From the IMG/VR virus record IMGVR_UViG_3300037722_000252, positions 1 through 58,942 of that record: a stretch of DNA of 58,942 bases. One strand, given 5' to 3'. Below, in pieces: positions 29,291 to 41,050 of the stretch (positions within the stretch are counted from its first letter, which is position 1; each line of letters begins with the position of its first letter). Below the pieces are notes generated by a model. That model had not been told where the DNA came from, did not search any database, and saw nothing but the letters and a program-made list of their open reading frames with translations. The stretch comes from a virus. Taxonomy: Duplodnaviria; Caudoviricetes. A program made the translations under genes and the position numbers.

Positions 29291-32200
29291 GCCGCACCCC
29301 CACGCCTGCCCCTGTACGCGTCCAGGTCCACCACGTCAGCGTCCTTGCGGGCACGAATGCGGCTCACGAGCCTCTCGGTCAGGTAGGTAGCCTCGGCCTC
29401 GACTGCCTCCGTTTCGCTGTCGTGGGGGATGCGGCGGTCGGCTGTCCATGTGAGCAGCGCGAAGACTGCGATGCCCGCGCCTCCCCAGAAGGGAGCGCCG
29501 AGCAGGAAGCCGACGACGACGGGGTCCATTAGCGTGGCCCCCTCGGCGCCGTACGGAACAGAACCGCGAGCGTGATCCCCATGAACAGCGCCCATAGCGC
29601 GATACGGGCAGGCACAGGTAGCGCGCTCACTGACGTAGCTCCGAGTTGAAGACCCACGCCTCGGAACGACTCAACGGCTTCGCCATGCGCTTACGGCACG
29701 CCTTGCATGTGACGGGGCGCCCCACCGAGACGAATGAGCCATAGCCGTACTCGACGCCGTACCTGTTCATCCAGAACGCGAGACACGCGCTCCGGTACTC
29801 CCTGGGCCCGTCGATCGACTCGCCCCGCACAGCGTGAATCACGCGGCCGCCCTTCACGCGACCACGTAGCCGCCATATTTCGGGGGCCGGCTGACCAGGG
29901 ATGACCTTGCTCACGGCTCGTCCGTCCTCCACACGACGCCCGCCCGCTCCCGGAGCACCTCGTGCAGCCTCTCGTCCTCCTCGCCGCACACCGCAAGCGC
30001 AGCCTCCGCGTTGTCGATCGTGCGAGAGACGAGCGCGTAGTCGGCGCCCTTCGTGGTCGCGGCCTGATAGACGCGGCCCGCGGTGAACGTGACGAGAAGG
30101 GTCGAGCCCGCGATGAACGCCCAGTACGCGAAGCGCTGCAGCCGCTCGGACAGCCGCACTTCTCTCTCACGACTGCGGTAGTGCTCGCCCCACTCCTCGG
30201 GGGTGAGCAGCCGGAGCGCGTGGAACTCGGCGAGTAGCGGGTCGGTCGGTTCGTGCCAGAGTCTCACGTCACCCTCCCCGCCTGCTCGACCGAGCGCGGG
30301 TCACGCCCTACCCGAAACGCGACCCAGCCAGCGGCCTTACGCGAGTAGCCTGCGAACACCGAGCCACACTCGAGCTGGAGCCGATAACTGAGCTTCGACG
30401 CCGCGCCAGCGAGGTTGGCGGCCTCTACGTCGATTTCGAGCGCCTCGCCGTCCGTCAGCACGGGCACCCGGAAGCGGTAGGAGTTCACGGTGCGACCTCC
30501 TCACTGTCAGGGCACCAACCTAGTCTAAGGTGCGCGTGGTAGCGGTCCTTGGCCTCGCTCACGTCCTTGCGTGCCTCACGTTCGGCGTACGAATCGGGTG
30601 AGCGCGCAGCCCAGTCCCAATGCGCCGTCATCGCAGCACGGTACGCACGTTGGAGCGCGGCACCGACAGCGCAGAGCCGTGCGTCGGCGCGGTCGGTCGC
30701 GGTACGGCAGTCGGGGCAGGGCGTCGCGTTCTCGTCACGCACCGGCGGCCTCCTCACCCTCGGGCGGGAACGCATAGGGCAGGGGCTCTCCCACGGGCGC
30801 GACTAGTACAGCGCGCAGCCTCTCGATCTCAGTCTCAGCAGCGATGAGGCGCTCGCGATACCTGTAGGAGTACTCGACCTCGGAGCGGAGGGCTTCGATC
30901 GTGTCGGCGGCAACGTGCATAGCGCGCGAGCATTCGTCGTACAGTTCGGCGGGCTCGGTGCCTCGCACCCCATCTATCCAATCAGCCCACCCGCGTAGAT
31001 CCTCAGGGCTCCCCACGGGCACGTCTCGCGTCTCACCCATCGGAATCCTCCACGATGCGGTCAACGGTCATCCGTCCCGCTCGCATTCCGATGTGGTCGG
31101 CGACCACGAGCGACAGCCACGCCTCGGTCCAACCCCACGGGCTGAATCGCTGGAGTGCCCACGCGAGGACCGTCCACACGAGCAGCATGCCCGCCGTGTT
31201 CATCAGCGTACCGCGCCAGAATCTGCGCTTCACGTCAGCCTTCATCGGTCGCCCCGTCTGTGAGAGAGGCGAGAGCGGCGCGGGCAGCGTTGAGGCGACG
31301 GGGAGACGAAGAATCCGGCCTGTCCTCGGAGGTAGTGGCCCAACCCCTCGGTATCGATACCCTCGGCGGGCAACTCTCCGAGAAGCACCTTGGCCGCGAT
31401 CTCCATCTGAAAGCCGAGCCCGAGCGGCTCACGATCCCACGCGACCGGCTCGCCCGACCCTGCGAGGGAGCGCAGCCGCTCGTTCTCGGAGCGCAGAGCT
31501 TCGATCGTGTCGGCGGCAACGTGCAGAGCGCGCGAGCATTCGTCGTACAGTTCGGCGGGCTCGGTGCCTCGCACCCCATCTATCCAATCAGCCCACCCGC
31601 GTAGATCCTCAGGGCTCCCCACGGGCACGTCTCGCGTCTCACCCATCGGTCGGCTCCCATACGGGCGTACGTGCGACCGTTCGGTCCGTGAAGAGCGCGA
31701 TGAGCACGACGAGCCACCCGATGCCGATGAGCGTCCAGAAGACGCCCATGGCCACGCGCGGGTCCGTCTTGGCCTCAGTCGTCATCGCGGTTCTCGGTGG
31801 CATCGTAAACGCCGGAGCACATCTCAACACGAACGCGCTGACGCGGCCGCGGACGACCGTGCTTCTCGGTGCAGGCGGCGCACCAATCGACGCTCTCCTC
31901 GTAACTAGGCGCGTCGGACGACGGCACGAACACCCATGAAGATCCGGGCTCTTTGTAGCGGAAGAACCGACCGCAGCCATCGCACTTCATGGCTCCTCCG
32001 CCGGTATGGTTGTCTACGAAGCTCATTTCGCCGTCTCCGTGTCCGTGAAGGGCATGAGCAGCGCGACCTCATCGCCCTCGTCTTCATGCTCGCCATCTGG
32101 CACGATCACGCGCATCTCCCACACGTCGTCAGAGGCTCCCGCAGACGCGACTTCCGCCACGATCCTCACCACGACAGCGTCCGCACGTACCTTGCGCAGT

Positions 32201-35157
32201 AGCGTGAGGGCGGCGCGGAGTCCGCACCGGGAGCACTTGCCGCACGCGGTCCCTAGGGACTCGTCGCCTCGGCACCATAGGCCGGGTGTATCGACGGCCC
32301 GCCCCAGCGCCTCCTCTACGACCTCCAGCGGGTTGCGGGGCTCAGGCATCGAAGGACTCCCTGCAAGGCGCGAAATCGGCGGGGATGCCGTCGCGGTAGT
32401 CGAAGCCGTGCTCGGCCTCGAAATCCTCGACCATGCACCCGAGCACGCGCCTGCCAGCGAAGTAGTCTGCGTGTACGTTGAGGCAACGGGCGCACGTCCG
32501 GTACGTCTCCCACTCACCGTCGTAGAGGCCGCGCACGTACTCGTGAAGATCGCCGACGTTGATCGTCACGGCGCACTCGCAGCAGCAATGCGGCTTGCGT
32601 GCCTTGACGAGCTTGGTCGTACAAGGCTCCATAGTCTCGCCTTCGTCGTACTGCCAGATGCAGCTACTCGTCATCGTCCCCTCCAGTGCTGGTGTCGCGA
32701 CTCACGCCGAGGCATCCACCGATCAGGAGAACGAAGAACCCGAACCAGGGGTGGCCCTCTATCACGAGGTATGTCCCGGCTCCAATGGACCCCAGGAACG
32801 CCACCACGAATGCGAAGTAGATCACTCGTCCCCTCCCGTGCTGGGCGGGAACGCTTGCAGGTGCTCGATCAGCACTCCGCCAGCGCGGCCCGTGACCTTC
32901 ACCACGACGGCCCCGTGGCCGAGACGCCAAGCCTCGCTCCGCACCTTGACCCGCTCGGCGTGCATGTCGCAGCGAACCGGGTGGTAGAGCATTTCGGTGC
33001 CGATAGGATGCTCAGCACTCCAAGCTTCAGGCGTCATCGTCCCCTCCCGTGCTGGGCGTGAACTCCAATTCGTGCTCCACGACGGCCGCACCAATGTCGC
33101 TCGTCACGTCGTACTTCTTGCCGGTCACGACGACGAACCCGCGCGCGTCCACCCGATAGCGCTGTGTGGCGTAGAAGCGACCGGATAGCTCCGAGTAGAA
33201 CACGCGGATAGGTCGCTCAGGCATCGCTCAGCACCTCCACGTACAGCCCTCGCGTCTCGTCCTTCACGACCACCGAATAGTTGGGCTCGCGCTCACCCTG
33301 GCCACGCAACCCGCAACGCATGCGCTCGATATCCTCCGGGCTCCCTGTCACCTTGAGCGTGACGGAGGCAGTCGTGGGGACGGGCTCGAAGTGGCAGCAC
33401 AGGTAGAGCTTTGCGTCTTCCTTAGCGACGAACCACCACGAGCCGTCGTGTAGAACCGGATGCGAGTCAATCGTCCTGACCTTCGCGTCGCACCGCACCT
33501 TCGTCCCCACCGGCCACATCGGCGGCGGGTCTCCGTCGAAGGGGATGACGAGGGCAGGGACGGAGTATGCGTAGCCTTCGTAAGCTTCAATCGGGCAGAT
33601 CGTGTCGCCGTCATCCGCGACCCGTGAATCGCGCTTGCTCATCCACCCCACGAACGCCTCTCGCTTCTCAGGCATCGTCGTCCTCCGTCGTGCTGGGCGT
33701 GAGGGTGCGAGCGGCGAGTCGGTCGAGGTCGCGCTCCATCTCACGGCGTGTGTCGTACCATCCCACGACATCGGAGCGATCGGGCGTGAACGCGAACCAC
33801 AGGACCGGGTTCTCCTTGTCGTGCGGGAACACGTACCTGCTGGGCGACCGCTGGTACGGGTAGCCGCGATATCGACCCACGGTCACAGCGCCCCTCATCG
33901 CGCGACCCTACCGAGCTCAGGATCAGCAGCCACGTCGCGGTTCCACTCGCGCCGACTCGCCTCCGACCGCGCGTGCGCCCGCGCCGTAGCCTCGCACACC
34001 TCGCAAATCTGCAGCATCCGTGACTCACCTAGTGGGCGGTCGCACAGCGAACATTTCGTGACCGGCTCCCACCCGTGGCGACGTGCGTAGTCGAGCACTT
34101 CGGCGTCGGTGACTTCGCGCTCCACCTCTTCTTCTGCGTCCAGCGCGAGCGCGTCGAAGTCCGTGCTCCGGTCGTCTCGCGTCCAGTTCCAGGGGGCGCT
34201 CATAACGAGACCTCGGTCTGTTGGGCGCGGACCTTCTCGGGGCTGGTCGTGCAGTCGCCGCGGTGCTCGCAGCCGTCGAGCGTGCGGCACTCGGCCGGCG
34301 TGAGAGGTGTGCGGATCTCGAATCCCTCACGGGCCAGCTTGGAGACTTCTCGCCATGTGTCGCGGTCGGATTGTTTCGAGACCCCGAGCACCGCGAGCAT
34401 CACCCATCCCCCGCAGACACAGACCGCGACCACGCACTTCCGTTCGTCGCTCATCGGGACTCCTTCGTTGGGCTGTCCGTGGGGGTGGGGCGCTCCCACT
34501 CTCCACGCCGGACGCCGAGGGCGCGGAGCAGTTTCACCCAACCCTTGAAGCACTGGCCATCGTGAACGCGGACCGAGGATGTGCGCGGCCAGAAGTCTAC
34601 GTACTCGGATTGCGGCTTGTCGTAGTGGCAAAGACGGTATCCGTACTCGCCGAGGCGCCGGAGCACGATCACGTCTGGGTGATTAGCGAGACGAGCGAAC
34701 CGCTCCATGCGCTCGGGCTCAATAGTGTCCAGGCGCTCGCGCCGCTCTTTTCTAACGGCTATCCACATCTCGCCCACGTCGCTCACGGTTTCGCCCTGTC
34801 CGTGGGGGTGGCGAGCGCGGCGAGCGTTTCGACTGGGCCCTTGGTGCGTCCGTAGTCGGGGATCGGCTCGACCTCTCGGGTGGCGCCGTGCTTCGCTTCG
34901 GCGGCGGACAGCCACGCGTCCCACGTCTCACCATCCACCTCGGCCTCGGTCGGCAGGTCCGGGTGCTGGCGCAGCACGTCGGCCTTGAGCACGTCGCCCA
35001 CGCCCCCGGTGCCGAACTCGTGCGTCCAGACCGGACCGGACGTCATGAACTCCGCGAATTCGTGGAACGCGCCGAACCCCTCCCTCGACAGCATCTTCCC
35101 GGTCGTGGCAGTCAGTACGACACCCAGCGGAAACGAGCGTATCTCGGCCTGATTCAT
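29287..35157 (-). other. Array of about 20 small coupled hypothetical early genes, several with Cys/Zn motifs
   Basis: Continuous ATGA-type coupling and recurring junction sequences. Confidence 0.7.
30879..31649. repeat. 165-bp direct repeat (30879-31043, 31485-31649; 3 mismatches)
   Basis: Gives genes 30735-31040 and 31242-31646 the same N-terminus MGETRDVPVGSPEDLRGWADWIDG... Confidence 0.95.
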
Positions 35158-35230
35158 CGTCCATATCTCCAGTGCCACGTCTCGTTGAGCAGCTCCAGCA
35201 GGATCAGGTACGTCGCGCAGCGGGCGTCCA

Positions 35231-35815
35231 TCAGAACTCTCCGCCGAAGCGCAGCTCGAGGAGCCGATCCTCGTCGGGCTCGCGATCGTGGGGGTGAGAG
35301 GGCACCGCGTCGTCGCCGTAGTACCACGCGACCCAGTCCGCGCCATGCTCCTGCCAGTGGATGTCCAGGACTTCGCACTCGCGCTCGGGATCGAGGCCGG
35401 GGTTCTCGTCGAGGAACGCGGGCCAGCCGATGTCGCCGACGCGATCGTGGCACTTCCGGCATTGCCGCAGGATGCGCGTGTGGTGAGCCTTGCGGCCCAT
35501 GCCCTCCGTGCCATAGTGCGAGTTATCACACGGCCGTCCGCCGCAACGTGGCGTCGAGCACGGGCCGCCGTGCTTCACAAACAGAACACGCTCGATGCTC
35601 CCGTACTTGCGCGCCCACTCGGCCGCGGCGCGCTCCTCGTCGTACTTGAGCCGGTCGGCGATGCCCTTGCCCGTCTCGGGGCACATCGCTTCGATCGCCG
35701 CCCAAAGCTCGGACGCGTCCCTGTGCCACGCTCCACTGGTGAGCGGCGTGCGGCGTGCGAGCGGCTTGGTGCCGCGCTTGAGCCCGGCCGTCCGCTTCAA
35801 GGGCGTTTTCCTCAA
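35231..35815 (-). CDS. HNH/DUF968-like Zn-binding putative nuclease
   Basis: RKTPLKR N-terminus; PC...C...H...CRKCH. Confidence 0.55.
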   Translation of the reverse strand: MRKTPLKRTAGLKRGTKPLARRTPLTSGAWHRDASELWAAIEAMCPETGKGIADRLKYDEERAAAEWARKYGSIERVLFVKHGGPCSTPRCGGRPCDNSHYGTEGMGRKAHHTRILRQCRKCHDRVGDIGWPAFLDENPGLDPERECEVLDIHWQEHGADWVAWYYGDDAVPSHPHDREPDEDRLLELRFGGEF

Positions 35816-36693
35816 AGCAGCGCACCTTGCTCTTCATCCGCCTCGGCACGGGCGAGCTCGATCCGGATTTCCTCCCACGCCTCACGGGCCGCGACCCACT
35901 CTCCACCGATGATGGCCTGCTGAATCTCCGTCTCGCGGTCGGTCGTGATGAGGCCGTTCTTGCGAGCGAGCGCCGCTTCCTTCGCGAGCGCGTCCATCTC
36001 GTCCTCGGTCAGAGCGTCCGGGTCGGGTTCGACGGGGTCTGTGCCCTTCGCGATCAGCGCGTTGACTTCGTCGTTCGTTGAGCGGTTGGCTTCGATCGTC
36101 GCCCGGATCTCGGCCGCGGATTCGAGCTCGTCGAGCGTATACGTGCCGCCGAAGTAGTCGGGCGCGATCTGGCGCAGGCCGTCGGACAGCGCCCGCCAGT
36201 AGAGCATCTGCTTGGGGTGCTTCGTCCAGTTCTTCTTGGTCGACCGGAACCCGTCGTCGGTTATCGTGACCAGGCCGGCGCGCTGCGCGTCCTCCATCGT
36301 GTATTCGACCGGGAGCGGGTCCCAGCCCTCACGGTGGAGCGTCATCTTGCAGCGCGCGTCGGAGCGCTCGAGGACCGTTTTCTTGACGCCGCAGCGCTGG
36401 ATCGCGAGGGCGTCCATGAGGTGGCCCTCGAGCGCGACCTTGCCGTCAACGAAGTACATGCCGCCGAGCGCCTGCATCAGCGGCACGCCCATCTCGAACG
36501 CCTTAAGCTGGATCGCCATGACGGCTTCGGGCTTCTTCTCCCGGATCATGCCCGACTGGACCAGCATGTTCGCTATCCGCCAGCGCGTATCCATGTGCTC
36601 GGCGAACGCGATCACGACGTCGCCGCGGCGGTCCCATGAATCAGGCAGATCGAGCGCGGTGGTACCGACCTCAGCAGGCAGGTTCTCAGACAT
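35812..36693 (-). CDS. RecT/Bet-like single-strand annealing protein
   Basis: MQAL..MYFVDGK, DAQRAGL, NWTKHPKQMLYWRA, GTYTLDE. Confidence 0.8.
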   Translation of the reverse strand: MSENLPAEVGTTALDLPDSWDRRGDVVIAFAEHMDTRWRIANMLVQSGMIREKKPEAVMAIQLKAFEMGVPLMQALGGMYFVDGKVALEGHLMDALAIQRCGVKKTVLERSDARCKMTLHREGWDPLPVEYTMEDAQRAGLVTITDDGFRSTKKNWTKHPKQMLYWRALSDGLRQIAPDYFGGTYTLDELESAAEIRATIEANRSTNDEVNALIAKGTDPVEPDPDALTEDEMDALAKEAALARKNGLITTDRETEIQQAIIGGEWVAAREAWEEIRIELARAEADEEQGALL

Positions 36694-37672
36694 GGGAATG
36701 CTCCTCCCGGATAGCGACCGAGTCCGGAGGCAGAAGTGCGGGTATCTCGTGCTCCTCCTCGTCGACCTTCGCCCACGCGTACTCGGGCAGGCTGATCGAG
36801 GGGATGTGGTCCGCGGCATGGCCGGGCCACGTATCGTGCTCGAAGCACCACGCGATCTGGCGCAGGTAGCGCGAGCACAGCCGGTCGCCCGCGTCCATCA
36901 AACCCTCGTCGAGTTCGTAGACGACGACCGAGTCAGACGACAACGGTCCTTCCGTCTCGATGCAGAGCATGAACGGATGACGGAAGTCCCAGCCGACCGA
37001 CTTGAGCGCGCGAGCGTAGAAGGCTTCCGAGACGTGGTACTTGAACTTGTAGATGTCGTGGCTGAACACGTCCCAGCGCGCGTTACGGGTCGTCTTCGCT
37101 TGCAGGTTCGCTCCGAGCGGGTCGACCAACTTGTCGGGCCGGAACTTGATGCGGACCCCCGTCTCTGAGTCGGTCGCCACCCCGCTGATCTCGACCGGGC
37201 CGACCATGTGGATCAGCGCGGCGGCCCGAGAGTGCCCGTGCACGGCGTCGCGCATCGCCATCGCCTTCTCGTACTCGGTGCCAGGAACCAGCGTCGCTGC
37301 CGGATACTCGGCCTGGAGCGCCGCGACCTCGGCCTTGTACTTGGACGTGGCGGCTGGATTCGTCGACGGCTTGTCCTCCGCTGTCGTGTGCTTGTTCGGG
37401 TCCGGGACCGGGAGCGGCCGGTAGAGCTGCTTAAGGAAGTCGGGCTCGAAGATCGCCGTGTGCGTGACCGAGCCGAGCGTCTTCGCGGATGTCTCGTCGG
37501 GCTCCGTGCCGCCGTCGAGCGCCCACCGGATGTAGGCCGGCGTGCGGCTCTTCACCTTCTTGGCGAGCGACGATCCGACGAGCGGTAGCGCCAGATACTC
37601 GGCCATCGTGAGTTCGTGGAAGCCGTCAGTCAGCGCGTCGCACTGGCCGTGAATCGAGAGTGAGTTCGTCAT
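36686..37672 (-). CDS. RecE-like PD-(D/E)XK exonuclease (DUF3799-like)
   Basis: GSVTHTAIFEP, KFRPD, AKTT, YHVSEAFY, WPG; paired with RecT. Confidence 0.85.
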   Translation of the reverse strand: MTNSLSIHGQCDALTDGFHELTMAEYLALPLVGSSLAKKVKSRTPAYIRWALDGGTEPDETSAKTLGSVTHTAIFEPDFLKQLYRPLPVPDPNKHTTAEDKPSTNPAATSKYKAEVAALQAEYPAATLVPGTEYEKAMAMRDAVHGHSRAAALIHMVGPVEISGVATDSETGVRIKFRPDKLVDPLGANLQAKTTRNARWDVFSHDIYKFKYHVSEAFYARALKSVGWDFRHPFMLCIETEGPLSSDSVVVYELDEGLMDAGDRLCSRYLRQIAWCFEHDTWPGHAADHIPSISLPEYAWAKVDEEEHEIPALLPPDSVAIREEHSHV

Positions 37673-38189
37673 CGGCCTGCCAGCATCCGGTCGAGCGCCT
37701 CTTCGTACGCGACCGCAGCGGCCACGTACGCCTGCATCGTCTCGGGCGAGCCGTCACGCATCGCTCTGAGGTAGCGCCGCTGGCAGCGGTAGCGGAGCCT
37801 CGTCAGGTAGGTGCGGTTCGCTGTGCGACGTGGGATGATGCCGGCGCTCAGCAGCGTGCGGGCGCCCAGCTCGTCGGGCGCGGTGCTCTTCACGTGGCGT
37901 GCGGTGTTCAGCGCGCTCATGGGGTGGGCTCCGTGCTGGGGGAGGATGCCGCAGCGAGAACGCTCTCGACATCTTCCACGCGAACATCGAAGACGAGGAA
38001 GACTTCGCCGCCCCCCCAAGGCTTCGGACCACCTACGCGCAACCCGCCCCGGTTGTTGTGCGACATCGACAGGCACGGGCCCTCGGGACCGGAGATCGCT
38101 TCCACCCGGATGTGCCCGGATGGCACTTCGCGCTCCACCCTCGACTGTGTGGCGTTGGTGTGTGTCAACTTCCTCATGGGGCGCCTCAT
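37669..38189 (-). CDS. Two hypothetical proteins (37669-37920, 37917-38189)
   Basis: ATGA-coupled ORFs. Confidence 0.55.
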
Positions 38190-38659
38190 CGCATGACCTC
38201 CGCGCGCTCGATCTTGCGTTCGGCGAGCTCGCGGCAGATCGCGGCCTTCATGAGGTCGTCGGCCGCGTCGCGTTCCGAGCCCGCGGCCTCTTCCTCCCAC
38301 GCGACCTCTTCCAGCGAGTTGGCCGTGTCGCTGGCCTCGTTCGCCTTGTCGCGCAGCCTGACGAGTCGGTATTCGCGGATCAGCCGCTCGTTGTCCCACT
38401 TCTTCACGGTCTGCTGGACCGCGATCGCTTCGTCGTGTGCCACGATTCTCCACGGGTCCTCCGCGCACGCTACGTAGCGGGCCTGACGGTCGAGCGGTGA
38501 GCCCTGCGCTTCCGCGATCGAGCACCACCGTCGCACCGTCCGCTCGCTCACACCGTTGCGGGTCGCCGCCCTCCGACTGTTCGGGTACGCGTCACTGTGC
38601 GCGACGGCCGCCAGCCGCTCGCGCACCGCCTTGGCCACCATCGTCGTTTCCGGTCGCAT
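38186..38659 (-). CDS. HTH regulator (CII-like position)
   Basis: RRAATRNGVSERTVRRW. Confidence 0.6.
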   Translation of the reverse strand: MRPETTMVAKAVRERLAAVAHSDAYPNSRRAATRNGVSERTVRRWCSIAEAQGSPLDRQARYVACAEDPWRIVAHDEAIAVQQTVKKWDNERLIREYRLVRLRDKANEASDTANSLEEVAWEEEAAGSERDAADDLMKAAICRELAERKIERAEVMR

Positions 38660-38732
38660 GTCCGGGCCTCTCGTTTTTAGTCCGTGACGGTGCGTTGGGG
38701 GGCTCGCCACGTTCGTGGTCATGGAGCACATC

Positions 38733-39044
38733 TCAGACATCGTTGGTCGCGTTCTCGGCACCGTTGCGGTTCGCGTCGAGGAACCAGATGCGGTAGGCGT
38801 CGCCCTCAAGGCGGGTGACGACCTTCCAGCCGGGTCGGTTCTTCTTGACCCACGCATAGGCGCTGACGGCCGCCGAGTCGGAGCCAGAGCGCTTTCCGTT
38901 GGCTCGGCACTTCCGGTATCTGTCAGTCCACGGGACGAGGATGGAGTCACCGTGTTGCATGTCGGGCCACGGGTACGCCATGAAGCCGCCGCCGGTTGCC
39001 ATGAACGGCACGGGAACGCCCTTCTCGATCTTGAATCCGCTCAT
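38733..39044 (-). CDS. Conserved phage hypothetical protein
   Basis: FKIEKGVPVP...YPWPDM..GDS...RIW. Confidence 0.65.
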   Translation of the reverse strand: MSGFKIEKGVPVPFMATGGGFMAYPWPDMQHGDSILVPWTDRYRKCRANGKRSGSDSAAVSAYAWVKKNRPGWKVVTRLEGDAYRIWFLDANRNGAENATNDV

Positions 39045-39556
39045 CTCACACCTCTCTCGGTAGCGTTGCCGGTTGCCTTGGCGAGCGCGGCCTGTATCTG
39101 GTCCCACAACCACGACGGCACCTGTCCCGCATCGTTCTCGATCGTGGCAAGCACCTCGTACATGCCGGGTGCGGCGGATATCAGGCGGGCGTTGGCCTCA
39201 GCATCACCCTTGGCGGTGGCGACGAAGGCCACCGTACGCGACTCGGCCTCGACGGAGAACGGATGCGCGTTGCCGCCACGGGTCACGCACCACGGCCCCG
39301 GAGTGAATCCGGTGAGACCGGCCGGGGGAGGCGAGGCTTCCCCCCCAGGGTTTGCCGGGTCGCCTTCGACCTCGACCGGCTCAGAGATGGGGGAGGCGGG
39401 CACGAGCGCGTCCTCACGCTCGGCCTGGAGGGCTTCGCCCGCGCTCCCCTCGTATGCGTCCGGCTCACCACCCACTTCGCCCCTGTGGCCAATGCCGATT
39501 CCCTGTGAGGGATCGAGCGAGGGGGTGGCGGCCGGGGTGTGCGTCATGTCAGGCAT
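39041..39556 (-). CDS. Hypothetical protein
   Basis: TPGPW...ANARLISAAP domain, widespread in phages. Confidence 0.65.
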   Translation of the reverse strand: MPDMTHTPAATPSLDPSQGIGIGHRGEVGGEPDAYEGSAGEALQAEREDALVPASPISEPVEVEGDPANPGGEASPPPAGLTGFTPGPWCVTRGGNAHPFSVEAESRTVAFVATAKGDAEANARLISAAPGMYEVLATIENDAGQVPSWLWDQIQAALAKATGNATERGVR

Positions 39557-39992
39557 ACTTATCCGCCAGCGTGGCTTTCATGGCCTTGGTCCCGGCGCGG
39601 CACAGCTCGTCGAGCGGGATGAGCACTCCCCTCGTCGGGTTCTTGCTCCGCGTCATGTCCCGACGCCGTGCCGGCTTGCGGTAGGAGTGGCGACCAAGCT
39701 CCTTGAGGCGCTCGGTGGTGATGAGCACGACCATCTGGCCCTGTTCGAGGACGATGGCCCAAGCGGTCGCTTCAGTTTTGGCGATGCCGCTCGGCTCGTA
39801 CTTCTTCGTCCGCCGACTCCATGCCTCGTATTCCAGGTAGATGTTGCCGGTGTTGCAGGACTCCAGGTCGCGCTTCACTTCGATGTCGGGAGAGCCCGCC
39901 ATGAGCGAGTCGAGCAAGTCCTTGACGAAGCACTCGGCTTGCGTCCCGGCCTCGGCCGTGATGTCCCACCGAAGTTCGGGCGCGTCCATCAC
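39549..39992 (-). CDS. PD-(D/E)XK nuclease-like protein
   Basis: IEVKRD...TGNIYLE...PSGI..TEA..W. Confidence 0.65.
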   Translation of the reverse strand: MMDAPELRWDITAEAGTQAECFVKDLLDSLMAGSPDIEVKRDLESCNTGNIYLEYEAWSRRTKKYEPSGIAKTEATAWAIVLEQGQMVVLITTERLKELGRHSYRKPARRRDMTRSKNPTRGVLIPLDELCRAGTKAMKATLADKYA

Positions 39993-41050
39993 CCGGCCTC
40001 CTGCATCCACAGATCGCGGTCGGTTGCGTTGCCCCAGCAGTCCCAGCCCTCACGACCCTGCCGCGCGAATAGCTCCAGATACGGGCCGGGGCTGACCTTC
40101 TCGATCAACTCGTACATCCTGCCCGGCTTCGCGCTGTGCTTACCGCGCGGCCACTCGGCCCAACTCATTTCTGATTTCGAGCCGAACGGCGCCGAGCCCT
40201 GGACTCCGAGCAGGCAGAACTCGTGAGAGACGCGCCAGTAATTGCCCATGCCCATCTGCGGCTTGACCCAGATGAAGCACGACTTGTAGGTGAAGCCCCA
40301 CGCCTCGATGACTTCACGCGCGTCGAACAGGAACGCGTTGGTCGTCCACAGGTGCAGGTGCGCAGCGTCGGCGACCAACTCTCCGATCGGGAGCGCAGCG
40401 ATGTCGCCCACGCTCATGCCGGGGTAGTGGTCGCCCGTCGCCCCACGCGTGCCCTGGTTGCCGTACAGCCACGGCGGGTCGGCGTAGACGGTACCGAACC
40501 GCTTGCCCGTCTCGATCAGGGTGTCGAGGGCATCGTAGGCTCTCGCGGTGTCATCGCCGGTCGGCTTCTCGACCTTCACTTCACGGCGCCACTGCCGGAG
40601 CACGAAGGCGGTGGTCAACTCCTCGCCCTCGGTCGCGAGCACTTCGCGGAACCGCTCGTCCGTGAAGGCGGCGAGACGCTGCCAGCGCGACGCCTCACCA
40701 CGGGTCAACTCGGCTTCGGCGAGGGCCTCGCGGTACGGGTTGACACTTCGCCCAGCCTCGGGCGAAGTCAGGTCCGTCCGCTCGCCCTGCGCCCGCTCCA
40801 ACTCCGCGAGCATCGCCCCGCCCCGGCGCATCGCCGTGAGCTTCGCGCGGGATGCTCGGTTCTGCTCTTCCAGCGACAGCCCGGCCTGCTTCGCCAACTC
40901 GGCGACAGCGGTCGCAGCGCGCTTCACGGTCGCTGCATCCGACACTGTCTCAATGCGCTCGACCATCGCCTCGACCGTCGATACCTCGGCGAGCTCCTGA
41001 CGCCGGGCCGCGAGCGCGGCCACCTTGCCGCCCTTCTTCGCCTTACCCAT
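39989..41050 (-). CDS. MT-A70 family N6-adenine methyltransferase
   Basis: YADPPW, LHLWTT, WGFTY, HSAKP, LELFAR, WGN. Confidence 0.92.
   Translation of the reverse strand: MGKAKKGGKVAALAARRQELAEVSTVEAMVERIETVSDAATVKRAATAVAELAKQAGLSLEEQNRASRAKLTAMRRGGAMLAELERAQGERTDLTSPEAGRSVNPYREALAEAELTRGEASRWQRLAAFTDERFREVLATEGEELTTAFVLRQWRREVKVEKPTGDDTARAYDALDTLIETGKRFGTVYADPPWLYGNQGTRGATGDHYPGMSVGDIAALPIGELVADAAHLHLWTTNAFLFDAREVIEAWGFTYKSCFIWVKPQMGMGNYWRVSHEFCLLGVQGSAPFGSKSEMSWAEWPRGKHSAKPGRMYELIEKVSPGPYLELFARQGREGWDCWGNATDRDLWMQEAG

Noticed and set aside
30879-31649. Repeat pair as a DGR template/variable region
   Set aside because: No reverse transcriptase; mismatches are not adenine-specific; repeats lie at gene 5' ends
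32672-33702. Junction repeats as a CRISPR array or integron attC sites
   Set aside because: Spacing is gene-sized and irregular, repeats are non-palindromic and coding, and there is no cas gene
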